This document shows, in pieces, positions 5,927 to 8,301 of a stretch of 8,301 bases of DNA. Position numbers and translations under genes: made by a program. The stretch is from a virus. Taxonomy: Duplodnaviria; Heunggongvirae; Uroviricota; Caudoviricetes. The stretch lies in IMG/VR virus record IMGVR_UViG_2609460356_000006; one strand, written 5' to 3'. The notes under the pieces are model-generated. The model did no database searches, had not been told where the DNA came from, and saw nothing but the letters and a program-made list of their open reading frames with translations. Within the stretch, counting starts at the first letter, position 1. Each line of letters opens with the position of its first letter.

Positions 5927-7146
5927 TATTCAGCCTTATTCAACAAAACAATGTTAGTGAATCCACCTGATAAAATATCAAGTCTGTCATACCATTTATT
6001 CAACGCATCCAGTTTCTCAGGCAAGTACAGACTACGGTTATAAATCGCCATGACTCCCGGCATTGAGTGCCCCAGCAACTGTTCGACAACGTGTGGTGCT
6101 ATACCCATATTATTCATATGCGTTGCTAAAGTTCGTCTTAGATCGTGCAGTGTCCATGGTTCAGAATGCCCTAGCTTTTTATAAACGCCGCGGCCCCACT
6201 GACTTACCGCTTCACTGCCTTTAACCGACCCAAGCAAAAGGCCGGATCGTTTCGTTTCATCATGCAGTATTTCAATGAATTTGCGCATGGCATCCGGCAC
6301 AGGTCTTACAATCTTCTCGCCACCCTTGCTGTGCTCTTTGGGAACTGTCCAGACCCAGGCATCCATATCCCATTCACTCCACTCTGATAGCCTGGCCTCC
6401 TGCGTTCGGCACCCAAACACTATTAAGATTGTCAGTAGCCTGGTGTAGTAAGGCATGAAGCAAGTGCCAGAGGAAATGGCAGCCCATAAATCGCCAGCCT
6501 CTTTATCGTTTAATACCCGGTCTTTTTTTGCCTGTTTTTTACCGACATCTGGAATTGTTAAATCTTCAAGCGCGGTACTCACAGCATAGCGACGAACCCG
6601 GCAGAATTTCAGGGCTTGTTTGCACATCTGGAACACATAACCTGCGGCGACTGGAGTTTTCTTTTTCATCCTGTCAAAGCAGTCAAGCCAGTATCGTGTT
6701 TCACAGTCAGCGAGCGCCATTTTCCCTATATAAGGATAAATGTGTTTTCGCAGCTCCGCTTTGTGCCGTTCAACATTCGCGCGGTTCTCTTCTGCATATT
6801 CGCGTATCCAGTATTCTATAGCTTCCTTAACAGTGACCGGTTTAAGGGTTTCCTGAGTAGTCAACGCCAACTGGTGCTTTGGATCTTTACCTGAGGCCAG
6901 CCACTGGCGGCATTTATCACGCGATGAACGGGCTTCTTTGAGGCTCATATCCGGGTATCGTCCCAGAGTCAGACGATGCAGCTTCTGCCCGTCAAGTCGG
7001 TAAGTAAACACCCAGCTAATACCACCAGCTTTAGTTACCTTGGCGCTCAGCCCGGCACCATCAGCATAGAACTCAATCTTACTGGCCGGGATACCATGTA
7101 ATCCCTTTAACTTCCTGTCGCTCAGTTTGTTAAGTTCGCCAGCCAT
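5926..7146 (-). CDS. int: Tyrosine site-specific integrase, P4-like family (406 aa)
   Basis: N-terminal arm-binding-type region (LSDRKLKGL...WVFTYRLDGQKLHRLTLGRYPDMSLKEAR), catalytic motifs HDLRRT, LLGHS and downstream Tyr; N-terminus faces the host junction. Confidence 0.9.
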   Translation of the reverse strand: MAGELNKLSDRKLKGLHGIPASKIEFYADGAGLSAKVTKAGGISWVFTYRLDGQKLHRLTLGRYPDMSLKEARSSRDKCRQWLASGKDPKHQLALTTQETLKPVTVKEAIEYWIREYAEENRANVERHKAELRKHIYPYIGKMALADCETRYWLDCFDRMKKKTPVAAGYVFQMCKQALKFCRVRRYAVSTALEDLTIPDVGKKQAKKDRVLNDKEAGDLWAAISSGTCFMPYYTRLLTILIVFGCRTQEARLSEWSEWDMDAWVWTVPKEHSKGGEKIVRPVPDAMRKFIEILHDETKRSGLLLGSVKGSEAVSQWGRGVYKKLGHSEPWTLHDLRRTLATHMNNMGIAPHVVEQLLGHSMPGVMAIYNRSLYLPEKLDALNKWYDRLDILSGGFTNIVLLNKAE

Positions 7147-7164
7147 AGACCACCCAGCCCAAAG

Positions 7165-7254
7165 TGTTTATACAAATGTTTATACAGAATTGCTTGCATA
7201 ATAGCATAAACAAAGAAAAACACTGGAACAATATACAGGCATGAATTTATACAA
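7165..7254. promoter_or_regulatory. Repeated TTATACA(R) motif in the int upstream/att region, candidate arm-type integrase sites and int promoter region
   Basis: Tandem TGTTTATACA at 7165-7174 and 7177-7186; related ATATACAG at 7231-7238 and TTTATACAA at 7246-7254; AT-rich. Confidence 0.35.
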
Positions 7255-7316
7255 CGCATTGATTATTATATGAATATTAAAATCATCTAAAAGCATGAAA
7301 ACAGCTAATATGACAG

Positions 7317-7331
7317 TACGGCATGAACTAA
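7317..7331 (+). other. fis: Displaced 3' end of host fis (codons Y-G-M-N-stop), marking the island/host junction (att core region)
   Basis: TACGGCATGAACTAA encodes YGMN-stop, matching the Fis C-terminus ...KKYGMN as I recall it; upstream codons are CAG preceded by an in-frame TGA, so similarity to fis breaks here. Confidence 0.45.
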
Positions 7332-7358
7332 TTCAGGTTAGCTAAATGCTTGATTAAA

Positions 7359-7392
7359 AAGGCGCTACTCGGCATGGGGAAGCGCCTTTTTT
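7359..7392 (+). terminator. Rho-independent terminator, probably the native fis terminator
   Basis: Stem AAGGCGCT (7359-7366) / AGCGCCTT (7381-7388), 14-nt loop, then TTTTTT (7387-7392); A-run on the 5' side makes it potentially bidirectional. Confidence 0.65.
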
Positions 7393-7416
7393 ATAGGTGT
7401 CACAAAGGGAGTGACC

Positions 7417-8301
7417 ATGAGAACAGGATGTGAACCGACCCGGTTTGGTAATGAAGCTAAGACCATTATTCACGGTGATGCCCTTGCCGAACTTAAAAAG
7501 CTACCTACTGAAAGCGTCGATCTGATCTTTGCCGACCCACCGTATAACATCGGTAAAAATTTTGATGGTCTGATCGAAGCCTGGAAAGAAGATCTGTTTA
7601 TCGACTGGCTGTTTGAAGTGATTGCAGAGTGCCACCGCGTTCTGAAAAAGCAGGGCAGCATGTACATTATGAACAGTACGGAAAACATGCCCTTTATCGA
7701 TCTCCAGTGCCGCAAGCTTTTTACCATCAAAAGTCGCATCGTCTGGTCATATGACAGTTCTGGAGTACAGGCGAAAAAACACTACGGCTCCATGTACGAA
7801 CCCATCCTGATGATGGTGAAAGACGCAAAGAACTACACATTCAACGGTGATGCTATTCTGGTAGAAGCCAAAACCGGATCGCAGCGCGCGTTGATCGATT
7901 ATCGCAAAAATCCTCCACAGCCATACAATCATCAAAAAGTACCGGGTAACGTCTGGGATTTTCCGCGCGTGCGTTATTTAATGGATGAATATGAGAACCA
8001 CCCGACGCAAAAACCGGAAGCCTTACTGAAACGCATTATTCTCGCCTCTTCCAACCCAGGCGATATCGTTCTCGACCCGTTTGCCGGTAGCTTTACTACC
8101 GGTGCCGTAGCCATCGCCAGCGGACGAAAATTCATTGGTATTGAGATCAACAGCGAGTACATCAAAATGGGGCTTCGACGGCTGGATGTCGCGTCGCATT
8201 ACTCCGCGGAAGAACTGGCGAAAGTGAAAAAAAGAAAGACGGGCAACCGGTCAAAACGATGCCGGGTTAGCGAAGTTGACCCCGATCTCATTGCAAAGTA
8301 A
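7417..8301 (+). CDS. yhdJ: DNA N6-adenine methyltransferase (beta-class, DPPY motif), host gene
   Basis: ATG at 7417 preceded by AAGGGAG (7405-7411); product MRTGCEPTRFGNEAKTIIHGDALAELKK...DLIFADPPYN, 294 aa, recognised from memory as YhdJ. The GTG at 7411 in the ORF track is probably not the start. Confidence 0.85.
   Translation: MRTGCEPTRFGNEAKTIIHGDALAELKKLPTESVDLIFADPPYNIGKNFDGLIEAWKEDLFIDWLFEVIAECHRVLKKQGSMYIMNSTENMPFIDLQCRKLFTIKSRIVWSYDSSGVQAKKHYGSMYEPILMMVKDAKNYTFNGDAILVEAKTGSQRALIDYRKNPPQPYNHQKVPGNVWDFPRVRYLMDEYENHPTQKPEALLKRIILASSNPGDIVLDPFAGSFTTGAVAIASGRKFIGIEINSEYIKMGLRRLDVASHYSAEELAKVKKRKTGNRSKRCRVSEVDPDLIAK

Noticed and set aside
6528-6894. Plus-strand ORFs 6528..6821 and 6616..6894
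   Set aside because: Antisense within the integrase gene.
7411-7416. GTG start at 7411 for the methyltransferase
   Set aside because: The RBS AAGGGAG (7405-7411) overlaps this codon; the ATG at 7417 has correct spacing and gives the MRTG N-terminus.
7147-7416. tRNA or tmRNA gene as integration target next to int
   Set aside because: The region is AT-rich with no cloverleaf-compatible segments or conserved T-loop/CCA features; the junction instead carries the fis 3' codons.
7470-8165. Minus-strand ORFs 7470..7739, 7747..7935, 7974..8165
   Set aside because: Antisense to the methyltransferase gene.

Overview
The window looks like an enterobacterial (E. coli-like) chromosome segment carrying most of a P4-family integrative element, about 7 kb of it. 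The element is cut on the left by an IS1 copy (1-363) and abuts host DNA on the right, where the last codons of fis (YGMN-stop), a terminator and the adenine methyltransferase gene yhdJ follow (7317-8301). Read on the minus strand from the host junction, the element is: tyrosine integrase, an AT-rich 216-aa cargo gene start/stop-coupled to int, about 200 bp of phased 10-bp repeats (ori-like), an AlpA-like regulator, a 230-aa protein, a convergent gap, a divergent plus-strand 57-aa ribbon-helix-helix gene with palindromic operators, then an operon of four tiny proteins ending in an alpha-like P-loop replication helicase, followed by GGTGAACA iterons (crr-like). No sid/delta/psu genes, cos site, tRNA or CRISPR array were seen. 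The best candidate for an undescribed system is the AT-rich 216-aa cargo gene and its adjacent repeat block, which sit where P4-like satellites carry variable, often anti-phage, cargo. All family assignments are from reading motifs and synteny by eye; no searches were run.
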